Source: Planctomycetota bacterium (GTDB taxonomy: Bacteria; Planctomycetota; PLA2; JAEUHO01). Taken from it: a stretch of 64,000 bases of DNA. The stretch covers positions 120,867-184,866 of the forward strand of contig JBFWRP010000008.1 of assembly GCA_050248855.1 (NCBI GenBank), in the 5' to 3' direction. A program made the translations under genes and the position numbers. Shown here piece after piece: positions 37,764 through 48,142 of this stretch (positions are counted from its first letter, which is position 1; each line of letters opens with the position of its first letter). A model generated the notes under the pieces. It made no database searches and was not told the origin of the DNA. It saw nothing but the letters and a program-made list of their open reading frames with translations.

Positions 37764-37783
37764 GTGTCCGGACGTCCGGACAC
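37764..37783. promoter_or_regulatory. Perfect 20-bp palindrome GTGTCCGGACGTCCGGACAC, possible operator
   Basis: Self-complementary; lies between divergently transcribed genes. Confidence 0.4.
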
Positions 37784-37893
37784 CTTTGGCCCCGGTTCGC
37801 GCGGAAGCCAGGCCTCGTGAGGGCGCCGCCTTGCGGCGCACGGCGCGCCGGAGCGCGTGACAAGATCCGGGGCGAGGCGGTAGGGTGGTCGGC

Positions 37894-39273
37894 ATGGGCA
37901 AGCCTCCGCAGGATCCGCTGGTGCGCGCCCTGGAGGCGTTGGTCGCCGCGCTGCCCACGAAGGACGCCGCGTGTACTTGGTACCGGCGCTGCGTGAGGGC
38001 GCTGGGTGAGCACGCCGTGGAGGACACCTTCAACGGCGGTGCGATCCGGCATCTGGTTCGCCGTGCGGAGGGGGGTGGCGATCTGTTGCCCTCTCCGTCG
38101 CTCAAGTGGACGATGGCTTCCATCGCCGGCACGAAGAGCGAGGGCGTGGAGCTGTTCGACGGTCGCCAGCGCATCAGCGTGCTGTACGGCGAGGACGGCG
38201 CGCCCATCGACCGCTCGGTGGATGGGACGGCCTCGGGCCGCCTGGTCGAGCTGGCACGACTGCTGGCCCATGACCCGATGCCCGAGGACGCGGCCCTCCA
38301 CTTCGTGACGTCGCTCGACGAGGGGCGCTTCGGGCCTGCGCGCGTCCACTACCCGTTGCATGCGCCAGGCGGTGTGTCGGGCGTCGTCGCCAGGGCCCTC
38401 TCGGGCCTGCGTCGCGTGCTGTTCGAGGGCGGGCTGCCCGACGGCCCTGCGGTCGTGGCCATCGAGGGCGTGGGCGGTGGCGTGTGGGCACGGGGGAGCA
38501 CGCGTGACGAGGCGGTTGCCCGCTGCCAGTTCCTGCTCGGCAAGGGGCCCATCTCGAGCGACACCGACTGGCACACGGCAACGGACGACTACGACGACGA
38601 TGGAAACCTGATCACCCCAGGCGAGAGGCCGGCGTGGCCCGAAGCCGAGGTCCGACCGCCAGCCCCGGGCCCGGAGGTTCCCTGGCGCTCCGACGTCGAT
38701 CCGGATGCGTGGAAAGCAGTCGCGCCCGCGAGACCGGAGGTGTCGTTCGTGACGCCGCCCGCCGATCGCAAGCACGAGCGGATCGACCTGGGCACGTTCC
38801 ACCTGCGTGGTCCCACACCGGACGTGCCCGAGCTGCCAGAGCGCCCCGAGTGCACACCCCTGGTGGTCGTGCCGATCGAGGGTTTGCCCTCCGAGCCGCC
38901 CCCCGTGGGTCGCTGGTGGCGCCTGCTGGGTGCGCACGGCCGTACCCGCTTCGTCGTGCGCATCGACCAGGGACACGACTTCCTGCTCGTGGGCTCGGAC
39001 GTAGTGGGCATGCTCGATCTGGCGGCGTTGGATCCGGCGCTCGACCGCATCGACGTGATGGATCCGCCGCCCGCAGGACGCCCGGAGCACGAGCCGTTCG
39101 TCCGTTTCCGCACGCGCCGCTACCGCTGGATGCCCGACGGTCCCGCCGACTGCCAAGGTCTGGTCCCCACCGGCGCGTCCTGGGGTCCGCGCTTCGACGC
39201 AGCCTCCCTCGATGGCGATGCCCTGCAGGGGCAGGTCCTGCGGTTCAGGAAGGTGTGGCGACCGGTCGTGTAG
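37894..39273 (+). CDS. Hypothetical protein
   Basis: Long ORF with coding-like composition; no recognised motif. Confidence 0.65.
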   Translation: MGKPPQDPLVRALEALVAALPTKDAACTWYRRCVRALGEHAVEDTFNGGAIRHLVRRAEGGGDLLPSPSLKWTMASIAGTKSEGVELFDGRQRISVLYGEDGAPIDRSVDGTASGRLVELARLLAHDPMPEDAALHFVTSLDEGRFGPARVHYPLHAPGGVSGVVARALSGLRRVLFEGGLPDGPAVVAIEGVGGGVWARGSTRDEAVARCQFLLGKGPISSDTDWHTATDDYDDDGNLITPGERPAWPEAEVRPPAPGPEVPWRSDVDPDAWKAVAPARPEVSFVTPPADRKHERIDLGTFHLRGPTPDVPELPERPECTPLVVVPIEGLPSEPPPVGRWWRLLGAHGRTRFVVRIDQGHDFLLVGSDVVGMLDLAALDPALDRIDVMDPPPAGRPEHEPFVRFRTRRYRWMPDGPADCQGLVPTGASWGPRFDAASLDGDALQGQVLRFRKVWRPVV

Positions 39274-39550
39274 GCCCTGTCTCGGAGGGGTGCTGTAGCA
39301 GTCCGGCGCCGCAAGGCCAGGCGCCCGAACGACCCGCGACTCGTCCAGGTAACGGCGAAGCACGTCCCCTGGAGCTGGAACCACGCCCTGGAGGTCGCGT
39401 TGTCCGGGCCTCCGCGTCCGACGGCGCGTCGCACCTGCCCGCGCCGCCGCCGCCAAGGGCGGCGCCCCTCGGAGCTTCGTCGCGACCCCTTTGACGCCAC
39501 CTCGCCAACGACCGACGATGGGCGCGTCGGATGTCGACACGGAGGACGTC

Positions 39551-41344
39551 ATGAGACTCGATCTCGCTCCCGGAAACGCATTGGTCTGCAAGGTGAACGG
39601 ACATCGGCACGCCTGGGATGGAACGATCTGCCGAGGCCCGGAGGAATGGGACTGTGGGACCAAGTCCGACTTCCGTATCGAGAAGTGCGCCGCCGGCATC
39701 CCCAAGTGTTTCCACCTGAACCTGTTCCATCCCGGCGCGCCGGTGTTCGTGGCGGACATGAACGGCATGGACTGGGTGCTGAGTGGCGCGGAGGACCGCT
39801 TGGACGACCAGATCCTGTTGTTCTGGACGGCAGCGACGTCCGAGCCGTTCGGCACCCGACATCCCGAGAAGCGTGTGGTGATCGGAGCCTATCGCGTGCA
39901 GCGGTCCGTCCACGACTCGATGTACTCGTGGTCGATTCGTCCGTACGGCGACGGGTGGACGCGATTCCCCGCCATCGAAGTCGAGTGTCCTGTCACGACC
40001 TATGCCGGGGGCCGGTACGTCAGGTCCATGGATCGTCGGCACGTGGAGCGCGTGTTCGAGACGGTGGCCCGCGCCGCGGAGACGGACGATGTCAAGTGGT
40101 TCGACCCCGGCGACGCCGCGCGCTTCCAGCACTTCCACGCGTCCCTGGGTGGCTGGCTCGATCGGGCGGCCGTCCAGCGCCGCAAGCGCATGACCACGAG
40201 TCGCGAGGGCGCCCGCTTCACGGTGGGCGATGCGCAAGGCGGCCTGGAGTCGGCGTTTGCCGGCCAGTGGGCCAGCGTGATGGCAGGTGCGCGCTCGCCG
40301 GCTCCGGTGCCGTCGCTGACGCCGGTGCCCGGGCAGCTCGCCACACCGCCCAAGCCGACCGCCCCGGCGCCGGCCCCGGCAGGCCGCAAGCCCCTCCTCG
40401 ATGCCGCCGCGCGTGCGTGGGTCGCAGGCGTCTACGGCGACGGCGTGGCGCGCGCGCTGGCCATCGCGACCGTGACGAAGCCGATCGTGATCTTGCGCGG
40501 TGCGACGGGCGTGGGCAAGAGCCACCTGGCCCGCCACCTGGTGCCCGCCGAGCGCTTCCTCCTGGTTCCGGTCGGCGCGACGTGGCGGGGACGCGAAGAC
40601 CTGCTCGGCTACGTGAACCCCGTGAGCGGCGCGTTCGAGCCGACGGAGCTCACGCGCTTCCTGCACCGGAGCGCGGTGGCCTGGGAGAAGGGCGACCGTT
40701 CGCCTTGGCTCGTCGTCTTCGACGAGTTCAACCTGAGCCAGCCGGAGCACTGGCTGACCGACGTGCTCTCGCTCGGCCAAGCCCAGGAAGACGCGCAGCG
40801 TCGGATCCACCTGGGCGGCGCCGGCTTCGAGCCCGAAGGCGGTGGGCGGCCCGTGAAGGAGGTCCTCCTCAGCCGTGCCGTGCACATCGTGGCCACCATC
40901 AACAACGACCACACCGTGATGCCGCTCTCGCCGCGCGTGCTGGACCGGGCCGCGGTCATCGAGCTCGAGCTGACGCCCAAGGATGCGCTCCAGCGCGTGG
41001 GCTGCGCCGTGTCCGACGAGCTCCTGGTGACGATCATGGACCTGGACGACGAGCTGCGCGGGCGCGGCCTGGGCTTCTCCGTGCGAACGGCGGCGTCGCT
41101 CGGCGCGGCCCTGGCGCACGCCACGGCGCTGGACATGGACGAGGCCGGCTTGCTCGACCACGTCCTGGCCCACGAGATGCTCAGCAAGGTCCGGCTCCAC
41201 GTCGGCGATCCGGGGGACCAGGCGCTCCTCTCCCGGCTCGCGGCGTGGCAGGAGCGACACGGGGCGGAGCTGCCGCTTTGCAGCGCGCTGCTCGAGACGT
41301 GGGACGATTGCCTCGAGCGGGGGCAGGACGTGGTGCAGGCATGA
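39551..41344 (+). CDS. McrB-like AAA+ NTPase with Cys/His-containing N-terminal domain
   Basis: GGAGG RBS; Walker A GATGVGKS, VPVGATW..LLGYVNP, Walker B VFDEFNLS, ATINND, LSPRVLDRA. Confidence 0.85.
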   Translation: MRLDLAPGNALVCKVNGHRHAWDGTICRGPEEWDCGTKSDFRIEKCAAGIPKCFHLNLFHPGAPVFVADMNGMDWVLSGAEDRLDDQILLFWTAATSEPFGTRHPEKRVVIGAYRVQRSVHDSMYSWSIRPYGDGWTRFPAIEVECPVTTYAGGRYVRSMDRRHVERVFETVARAAETDDVKWFDPGDAARFQHFHASLGGWLDRAAVQRRKRMTTSREGARFTVGDAQGGLESAFAGQWASVMAGARSPAPVPSLTPVPGQLATPPKPTAPAPAPAGRKPLLDAAARAWVAGVYGDGVARALAIATVTKPIVILRGATGVGKSHLARHLVPAERFLLVPVGATWRGREDLLGYVNPVSGAFEPTELTRFLHRSAVAWEKGDRSPWLVVFDEFNLSQPEHWLTDVLSLGQAQEDAQRRIHLGGAGFEPEGGGRPVKEVLLSRAVHIVATINNDHTVMPLSPRVLDRAAVIELELTPKDALQRVGCAVSDELLVTIMDLDDELRGRGLGFSVRTAASLGAALAHATALDMDEAGLLDHVLAHEMLSKVRLHVGDPGDQALLSRLAAWQERHGAELPLCSALLETWDDCLERGQDVVQA

Positions 41345-42633
41345 TGGGGCCGGCCTTCGTGTCGCGCGTGGTGGAGGACCTGCGGGCCTTCTCCGCGCCG
41401 CTCCTGGAGCCGGGCGCGGCACCGCGGGCGGCGGGCGAGGTGCAGGCAGGTCGGTCGGCGCTCGAGGCGCTGCACGGGCTCGTCGGCGCGTTGACCGCCA
41501 TGCTGCCGCGTCTGGTGGCCGAGGCCACGCGGGAGGACCGCGCGGCACGCCGCCTCGTGCAGCGCAGCGCCGCGATCCCACGCCGGGCCCGGGCCTCGCG
41601 CGCACCGTGGGACTTCGAAGTCCACGACGGTCGGCTGCTGCCCACCACGTGGCTGGCGGTCGAGCCGTTGCCCGCCCCGGCCCCCGCCGCCGTGGCTTGG
41701 CTCCGGCACCTGGCGACGCTGGTGGGCGGCCACCTGGCCCGCGCGGCGCGCCACGTCGAGGTGCACCTGGACGATGCGATCTCCATGCGCTCGGAGCGCT
41801 CCACATACGCGCGCGCCGAGCGCGACCGCTTGACGGCGCTGCGGCGCGGCATCGACGCGAGCCGCGCGTCGCTGGCCCGCGCCCAACGCGCCCTCGTGAG
41901 CCATGCCCCGGTGGGGGCACGCCCGCGTGGCATGGAGCCCCGCCCGTACCCCGCCACCGCCACGTGGCAGCGGCTACGTGGCGTGGCGCGGCGCATCCAC
42001 GACCCCGCGGTGCTCCTGCCGGCGTGGTGGTCGAGCGCACTCGACGCGCCCGCAGGCGCGCTGGACCTGCCGTTCCTCTACCAGCGATGGTGCGGCGTGC
42101 AGCTGGTGCGGGCGCTCGGGGAGCTCGGCTTCCGCCCGCGCACGGATCCCACCGGCCCCCTCCTGCTGGGCGAGCTCGCGATCGAGCTCCTCGATGGCGA
42201 GCGGCGTGCGCTGACGCTCTGGTGCGAGCCGCGCTTCGTGCGCGGCGAGGCCCATCCGACGACGTTGGTCCCGGCCCACGATTTCGAGCAGCAGCCCGAC
42301 TTCGTCCTGATGGCACCCGGCGAGCGCGGCCTGGACGCGTACGTGCTCGACGCCACACTCGCTACCGACGACGAACGGCTGCGCGAGAAGAGCCGCTACC
42401 GCACGTCCTTGCGCTTCTCGTCCCCGCGTCTGGTGGCCGGCATCCCCGTGGTCGCCCGTCCGGAGCGCAGCTGGGCGATGGCACCACTGACCTCGCCGAC
42501 GTGCCGCTTGCAGGACGACGAGGGCCGCTGCGGCGTGATTCCCGTGCACCCCGAGGAGCCGCGCCGCGCGCTGGCCGCGTGGCTCGGCGACATCGTGGAG
42601 CGGGCAAGGCGGTGGGCGCCGCATCCTGCCTGA
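41341..42633 (+). CDS. McrC/DUF2357-like PD-(D/E)XK-fold partner
   Basis: ATGA overlap with the McrB-like gene; LYQRWC, QPDFVL, YVLDAT, KSRYR. Confidence 0.7.
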   Translation: MMGPAFVSRVVEDLRAFSAPLLEPGAAPRAAGEVQAGRSALEALHGLVGALTAMLPRLVAEATREDRAARRLVQRSAAIPRRARASRAPWDFEVHDGRLLPTTWLAVEPLPAPAPAAVAWLRHLATLVGGHLARAARHVEVHLDDAISMRSERSTYARAERDRLTALRRGIDASRASLARAQRALVSHAPVGARPRGMEPRPYPATATWQRLRGVARRIHDPAVLLPAWWSSALDAPAGALDLPFLYQRWCGVQLVRALGELGFRPRTDPTGPLLLGELAIELLDGERRALTLWCEPRFVRGEAHPTTLVPAHDFEQQPDFVLMAPGERGLDAYVLDATLATDDERLREKSRYRTSLRFSSPRLVAGIPVVARPERSWAMAPLTSPTCRLQDDEGRCGVIPVHPEEPRRALAAWLGDIVERARRWAPHPA

Positions 42634-42683
42634 GCGAGTCCGTCCATGCCTGCATCTACGATGTGGCCGCGGAGGCTCGTCCC

Positions 42684-43598
42684 GTGGTCAAGAAGAAGGC
42701 ATCCAAGGGCGTGGAGTCCAAGGCCAAGTACGGGTGGGATCGTCCGCCGACTGCCCCCGCGCCCGCCGACCCCGACATGGCCCGGCTCTCGGCCCAAATG
42801 CCCCGGGCTGGTGCGCGGGAGCGCATGCTCGCACACGTGCGTGGGAGCCTGCGCGTCGACACGGCGTTGCAGCAGGCCCAGGACCTGATGTACCGGGCTT
42901 GGGATGCGCCTCCGCACCGTGCGCGGACGCTGGCCAAACAGGCGCTCGGTCTCTCGGTGGACTGCGCCGACGCGTATCTCGTCCTGGCCCAGGGAGAACG
43001 CCATCCGGGCCGGGCCTTGGCCCTCTGTCGTCAGGCGGTGGAAGCCGGCCAACGCGCCCTGGGACCGGAAGCCTTCGCCCGGAGCCTGGGCTGTTTCTGG
43101 GGTGTCCTCGAGACGCGGCCGTACATGAGAGCACGCTTGGCGCTGGCCGAGCTCCTGTGGCAGCTCGGTGAAGAGCGTGAGGCCACGGCGCACCTGCGCG
43201 AGATGTTGGTGCTCAACCCCCATGACAACCAGGGGGTGCGCGGCGTGCTGCTTGGTTGGCTGCTCGACACGGGGGCCTGGGATGAGGCGCAGGCCCTGCT
43301 GACCTGCTACAAGGACGACCTCGGCGCCGACTGGAGCTGGTCGCAGGCGTTGGTCGTCTTCCAGCGGGAGGGGACGTGCTCCGCGGCCCGGCGCGCCCTG
43401 GCCGCGGCCGTGAAGGCCAACGCCCACGTCCCGATCTACCTGCTCGGTGTGCGGCCACTCCCTCGACGCCTTCCGGAGTACATGCGATTCGGCGACGAGA
43501 CCGAGGCGTGGCACTACGTGGCTGATCGCAAGCCGGCTTGGCAGAGCGTCCCTGGGGCGATCCAGTGGCTGGAGGCCATGCTCGGGCGCGGGAGCTAG
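42684..43598 (+). CDS. TPR (ST7-like) protein
   Basis: AQDLMYRAW, CADAY, FWGVLETRPYMRAR, LNPHDNQGVR; GGAGG before GTG 42684. Confidence 0.8.
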   Translation: MVKKKASKGVESKAKYGWDRPPTAPAPADPDMARLSAQMPRAGARERMLAHVRGSLRVDTALQQAQDLMYRAWDAPPHRARTLAKQALGLSVDCADAYLVLAQGERHPGRALALCRQAVEAGQRALGPEAFARSLGCFWGVLETRPYMRARLALAELLWQLGEEREATAHLREMLVLNPHDNQGVRGVLLGWLLDTGAWDEAQALLTCYKDDLGADWSWSQALVVFQREGTCSAARRALAAAVKANAHVPIYLLGVRPLPRRLPEYMRFGDETEAWHYVADRKPAWQSVPGAIQWLEAMLGRGS

Positions 43599-43645
43599 GC
43601 GCCCGGCATCACGCTATCGGTCGCCCGCTTGGAGATCGTCCCCGC

Positions 43646-44218
43646 ATGACGCGTTCCGAGGTCCTGCCGCTGGATCTGCTGCTCGCCGAGCAGGCCCGGT
43701 TCCTGGGCTTCCTGGAACGGCGTCTGGGCGATCGGGCGACGGCGGAAGACGTTCTCCAGGACGCCTACGTGAAGGCGTGGAGCAAGGGCTCGTCGCTGCG
43801 TGAGGACGAGGCCGTCGTGCCCTGGTTCTTCCAGGTCCTGCGAAATGCCGTCGTGGACTACGTGCGACGTCGCCAGGCGGGGAATCGGGCGCGCCAGGCG
43901 CTGAAGGGTCAGGCTCATGGCGGGGCGAGCCTCGAGGCCGACCTGCACGATGCACTCTGCGCCTGCGTGGGCGGTCTGTTGACAGGGCTTCGCCCCGAGC
44001 AGGCCGACCTGCTCCGTCGGGTCGAGCTGGAAGGCCAGCGCGTGAAGGACGTAGCCGAGGCCCTGGGCATCGCAGAGGGGACGGCGGCCGTCCGTCTGCA
44101 CCGGGCGCGCCAGGCGCTGGGCGACGCGCTCAAGGGAGCCTGCGGCGCCTGCGCCACCCACGGCTGTCGCGACTGCCAGTGCCGAGGCCCCCGGCGGGGC
44201 TGCTCCAGCGGGGTGTAA
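43646..44218 (+). CDS. ECF sigma factor, CorE-like, with C-terminal Cys-rich domain
   Basis: AEDVLQDAY, WFFQVLRNAVVD, internal CAC, region 4 VRLHRAR, tail CGACATHGCRDCQC. Confidence 0.88.
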   Translation: MTRSEVLPLDLLLAEQARFLGFLERRLGDRATAEDVLQDAYVKAWSKGSSLREDEAVVPWFFQVLRNAVVDYVRRRQAGNRARQALKGQAHGGASLEADLHDALCACVGGLLTGLRPEQADLLRRVELEGQRVKDVAEALGIAEGTAAVRLHRARQALGDALKGACGACATHGCRDCQCRGPRRGCSSGV

Positions 44219-44272
44219 GGTTTCCAGGGCGAGGTGCGTCTCCCGGGCAGTTCCCGACCCGGAGAGCCATCG

Positions 44273-46630
44273 ATGAGCCACGCCACCTGCCACCACGACG
44301 ACGCCCAGGGAGGTACCGTCACCCACGACCACGACCACGACCACGACCGCAGCCACCATGGTCATGCACCGGAGCGCCACCGCGGCGCCCCGTCGGCACC
44401 TGCGGTCGCTGCATCCGCAGGTGCCCTCCACACCTGCCCCATGCACCCGGAGGTCGTGCAGGAAGGGCCCGGCTCGTGTCCCATCTGCGGCATGGCGCTC
44501 GAGCCCATGGTGGCATCTCGCCACGACGGGCCTGACCCGGAGCTGGCTGGATTCACGCGGCGCTTCCGCGTGGCCACGGGCCTCTCGGTGCCGCTGGTCG
44601 TCCTGGCCATGGGCGAGATGGTGCCTGGCCTCTCGGGCTGGATCGTGAGGCTCGGGCGCTGGAACGGGCTGCTGCAGCTGCTCTTGGCCACGCCCGTGGT
44701 GCTCTGGGCAGGCAAGCCCGTCTTCCGCCGCGCGTGGGCCAGTGTCCGGGCGCGCAGCGCCAACATGTTCACGCTGATTGGGCTCGGCACGAGCGTCGCC
44801 TACCTCTACAGCGTGATCGCGCTGGCGTTCCCCGCCGTGCTCCCGCCGGGCTTCGCGGGTCACGCAGGTAGTCCGCCGCTCTACTTCGAGGCCGCGGCGG
44901 TCATCCTCACGCTGGTGCTGCTCGGACAGGTTCTCGAGCTGCGGGCACGTCACTCCACGCAGGGCGCCGTCCGCGCCCTGCTCGAGCTCTCGCCGCGCAC
45001 GGCTCGGCGCGTGGACGAGGACGGCAACGACGCCGATGTCGCCCTCGAGGATGTGGTGGTCGGCGATCACCTGCGGGTTCGTCCGGGCGAACACGTGCCG
45101 GTGGACGGGAAGGTGGTCGAGGGCCGCAGCGCCGTCGACGAGTCCCTGCTCACGGGCGAATCCATGCCCGTGGACAAGGCCGTCGGCAGCCACGTGATCG
45201 GCGGCACCCTCAACACGTCGGGCAGCTTCGTCGTGGAGGCGGAGGACGTCGGCGAAGCCAGCGTGCTGGCTCGGATCGTGCGTCGTGTGGGAGAGGCCCA
45301 GCGCAGTCGCGCGCCCATCCAGCGCCTGGCCGACGTCGTGTCCTCGTGGTTCGTGCCGGCGGTCATGGTGGCGGCGGTGGTCACGGCGATCGCGTGGGGC
45401 CTCTGGGGCCCGGAGCCCAAGCTGGCCTACGCGCTGGTCAACGCCGTCGCGGTGTTGATCGTGGCCTGCCCTTGTGCCCTGGGTCTGGCGACGCCCATGT
45501 CGGTGATGGTGGGTGTGGGCCGCGGTGCACTGTCCGGCGTGCTCGTGAGAGATGCGGCCGCGCTCGAGACGCTCGATCGCATCGATGCGATCGTGGTTGA
45601 CAAGACGGGTACGCTCACCGAGGGGCGCCCGGCCCTGACGTCCCTCCGTGCGCTTGGCGACTGGCCCGAGGACGACGTCCTCCGGCTCGCCGCCGGCGCG
45701 GAGCGCGGGAGCGAGCATCCGCTGGGCCGTGCCATCGGCGAAGGCGCCGCGGCGCGTGGGATCCGCGCGCCCTCGGCGGAGGGCTTCGAGGCCACGGTCG
45801 GGCGGGGCATCGTGGCCCACGTCGAGGGGCGCCGCGTCCTCATCGGCTCGGCGGGCTTCTTGGTCGAGCAGGGGGTGGAGACCGGTGGGGGCCGCGATGC
45901 CGCCGAGGGCCTGCGGGCCGAGGGCGCCACGGCCGTGTTCGTTGCCATCGATGGCGAGCTCGCGGGCGTGCTGGGGATCTCCGATCCGCTGCGCGAGGGC
46001 GTGGCCGACGTCGTGGCCGAGCTGGCGCGCGAAGGTGTTCGCGTGGTCATGGCAACCGGCGATGCCGCGACGACGGCTCGGCATGTCGCCGCCGCCCTCG
46101 GCATCAGGGACGTGCACGTCGAAGTCACGCCGGAGGAGAAGGCCGAGCTCGTCAAGCGCCTCCAGGCAGAAGGCCATCGCGTGGCCTTTGCCGGCGATGG
46201 CACCAACGACGCACCCGGCTTGGCCCAGGCCGACGTGGGCATCGCCATGGGTAGCGGCACGGACGTGGCCATGGAGGCCGCAGGCGTCACGCTGATGCAC
46301 GGCGACTTGCAGGGCATCCTGCGGGCGCGCCGCCTGGGTCGGGCCACGCTTCGCAACATCCGGCAGAACCTGCTGTTCGCGTTCGGCTACAACCTGCTCG
46401 GCGTGCCTGTGGCCGCTGGCGTACTCTACCCAGCGTTCGGCATCTTGGTGAGCCCGATGCTCGCGGCCCTGGCGATGACGCTGAGCTCGGTCTCCGTCGT
46501 GCTGAACGCCCTGCGGTTGAATCGTGTCGCGATTGGCCAGGCTCCGTCTGGAAACACTCCGTCACGAGGGCGCCGCGGACGAAGCGAGCCGCAGGCACGA
46601 CGAGAATCCGGGCCGGAGGCGGTCTCCTGA
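44273..46630 (+). CDS. copA: Copper-translocating P1B-type ATPase
   Basis: His-rich N-terminus, TCPMHP..CPICGM, TGES, CPC, DKTGT, SEHP, GDGTND, YN, MTLSS. Confidence 0.92.
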   Translation: MSHATCHHDDAQGGTVTHDHDHDHDRSHHGHAPERHRGAPSAPAVAASAGALHTCPMHPEVVQEGPGSCPICGMALEPMVASRHDGPDPELAGFTRRFRVATGLSVPLVVLAMGEMVPGLSGWIVRLGRWNGLLQLLLATPVVLWAGKPVFRRAWASVRARSANMFTLIGLGTSVAYLYSVIALAFPAVLPPGFAGHAGSPPLYFEAAAVILTLVLLGQVLELRARHSTQGAVRALLELSPRTARRVDEDGNDADVALEDVVVGDHLRVRPGEHVPVDGKVVEGRSAVDESLLTGESMPVDKAVGSHVIGGTLNTSGSFVVEAEDVGEASVLARIVRRVGEAQRSRAPIQRLADVVSSWFVPAVMVAAVVTAIAWGLWGPEPKLAYALVNAVAVLIVACPCALGLATPMSVMVGVGRGALSGVLVRDAAALETLDRIDAIVVDKTGTLTEGRPALTSLRALGDWPEDDVLRLAAGAERGSEHPLGRAIGEGAAARGIRAPSAEGFEATVGRGIVAHVEGRRVLIGSAGFLVEQGVETGGGRDAAEGLRAEGATAVFVAIDGELAGVLGISDPLREGVADVVAELAREGVRVVMATGDAATTARHVAAALGIRDVHVEVTPEEKAELVKRLQAEGHRVAFAGDGTNDAPGLAQADVGIAMGSGTDVAMEAAGVTLMHGDLQGILRARRLGRATLRNIRQNLLFAFGYNLLGVPVAAGVLYPAFGILVSPMLAALAMTLSSVSVVLNALRLNRVAIGQAPSGNTPSRGRRGRSEPQARRESGPEAVS

Positions 46631-46712
46631 ACGTAGAGGACCCGGATTCGAGTCAGGCCGTGGCGCAGCGAGAGACGCGGTGGCCGCAGCAGGAGGGGTT
46701 GTCGGACAGCCC
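46541..46712 (-). mobile_element. MITE family A, diverged copy overlapping the copA 3' end
   Basis: 172 bp; reverse-complement match to 63747-63918. Confidence 0.8.
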
Positions 46713-46729
46713 CTTCCAGGGAGGTGGGA

Positions 46730-48142
46730 ATGAACGCTCGATCAAGGGCCGTGGTGCTCATGGTCGCCTGCTCCGGCCTGGGCGGGTGCCGCATGGCCGA
46801 AGTGGCCGACCCAGCCCCCTCCGTGATGGCGGATGTGGGCCGGCGAACCGATCCCGGCCTGCGCTCGTCGCAGCGCGACGGCGAGCTGGACGAACCGGCC
46901 GCCGTGGCCTTGGCGCTCGAACGCAACCCGCGCATCCGCCAAGCGCTTGCACGTGCCGGTGTGGCCCAGGCCGAGCTCGTCGAGGCGCTCACGCCGGAGA
47001 ACCCGCGCATCGGCGTGGCTGCGCGCTGGCCGCTCGAGGGCGCCGGCTTCGGCGTCGACCTGGACGTGTTGCAGGACGTGATCTCGCTGCTGTTTCGTCC
47101 GCGCCGTGGCGCCGCGGCCCGTGCCCGGTTCGATGCGGAGCGCCAGGACGTGGTCGCCGAGATCGTCGACGGAGCCCTGGAGGTGTCCGAAGCCTGGTAC
47201 ACGCTCGTCACGGCGCGCCAGCTGCACGCGATGCGGGCCCTCGTGGAGGAGTCGGCGGGCGCTTCCGAGGCCGTCGCAGGGCGCATGGCAGACGCGGGCA
47301 CGCTGAGTCGCCTGGGGTTGGCGCGGGAGTCGGCAACGCATGCGCAGGCCGCAGCCGAGACCTTGGAGGCCGAAGGCGATGTCGTGGCGGCCCGGGAGCA
47401 CTTGCTCGCAGCCATTGCGGCCGACCCGGACCAAGACGTGCGGGTCCCCGACGTCCTGCCCGCCGTACCCGCCACCGAGCTGCCGCTGGAACGACTGCTG
47501 GAGACGGCGCTCTGCGCCCGCGCGGATCTCCGTGCCGCTCGTGCCGGCCGCATGGCCTTGGCGCACGAGCTGGGTCTGGCCCGCCAGCTGGGCTCACTCG
47601 GAACGCTGGAGGGGGGGGCCGTTGGCGAGCGGGAAGTCGAAGGCGCGTGGTCCGCCGGGCCCGCTTGGGAGGTCGAGATCCCGCTCTTCGACCAGGGGCA
47701 GGCGCGCCGGGAGCGAGCCGCTTCGGCGTGGCGCGAGTCGACGTGGGCCGTGCGATCGTTGGAAGCCGAGGTTCGGCGCGACGTGCGCACGCATCGCTTG
47801 CGACTGGACGTGCTCCGCAAACAGGTCGAGCTCCACGCCCGGCGCCTGATCCCAGCGCGTGAACGGGTTGTTGCCCTCAGCCAGCAGGAGTACGACTTCA
47901 TGCTGCTCGGAGTGGACAAGCTGCTCGAAGCCAAGCGCGAGGAGTACGAGGCGTACGCACGCTACGTCACGACGATTCGCGACTATTGGATCGAGCGGGT
48001 TCATCTGGAGCGCGCCGTCGGCGTCCGTCTGCAGGTGAGCGCGCCGCCTGCCGTGGCCTTGCCCAAGCCTGGAGGCGCCGGGGACGGCGGCCCCACGGAT
48101 CACGGCGGCCACGATGGACAGTCCATGGAAGGAGGCATGTGA
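46730..48142 (+). CDS. TolC-family outer-membrane efflux lipoprotein (copper-associated)
   Basis: Lipobox LGGC; AVALALERNP, EIPLFDQGQA, LLEAKREE..YWIERVHLERAVG. Confidence 0.85.
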   Translation: MNARSRAVVLMVACSGLGGCRMAEVADPAPSVMADVGRRTDPGLRSSQRDGELDEPAAVALALERNPRIRQALARAGVAQAELVEALTPENPRIGVAARWPLEGAGFGVDLDVLQDVISLLFRPRRGAAARARFDAERQDVVAEIVDGALEVSEAWYTLVTARQLHAMRALVEESAGASEAVAGRMADAGTLSRLGLARESATHAQAAAETLEAEGDVVAAREHLLAAIAADPDQDVRVPDVLPAVPATELPLERLLETALCARADLRAARAGRMALAHELGLARQLGSLGTLEGGAVGEREVEGAWSAGPAWEVEIPLFDQGQARRERAASAWRESTWAVRSLEAEVRRDVRTHRLRLDVLRKQVELHARRLIPARERVVALSQQEYDFMLLGVDKLLEAKREEYEAYARYVTTIRDYWIERVHLERAVGVRLQVSAPPAVALPKPGGAGDGGPTDHGGHDGQSMEGGM

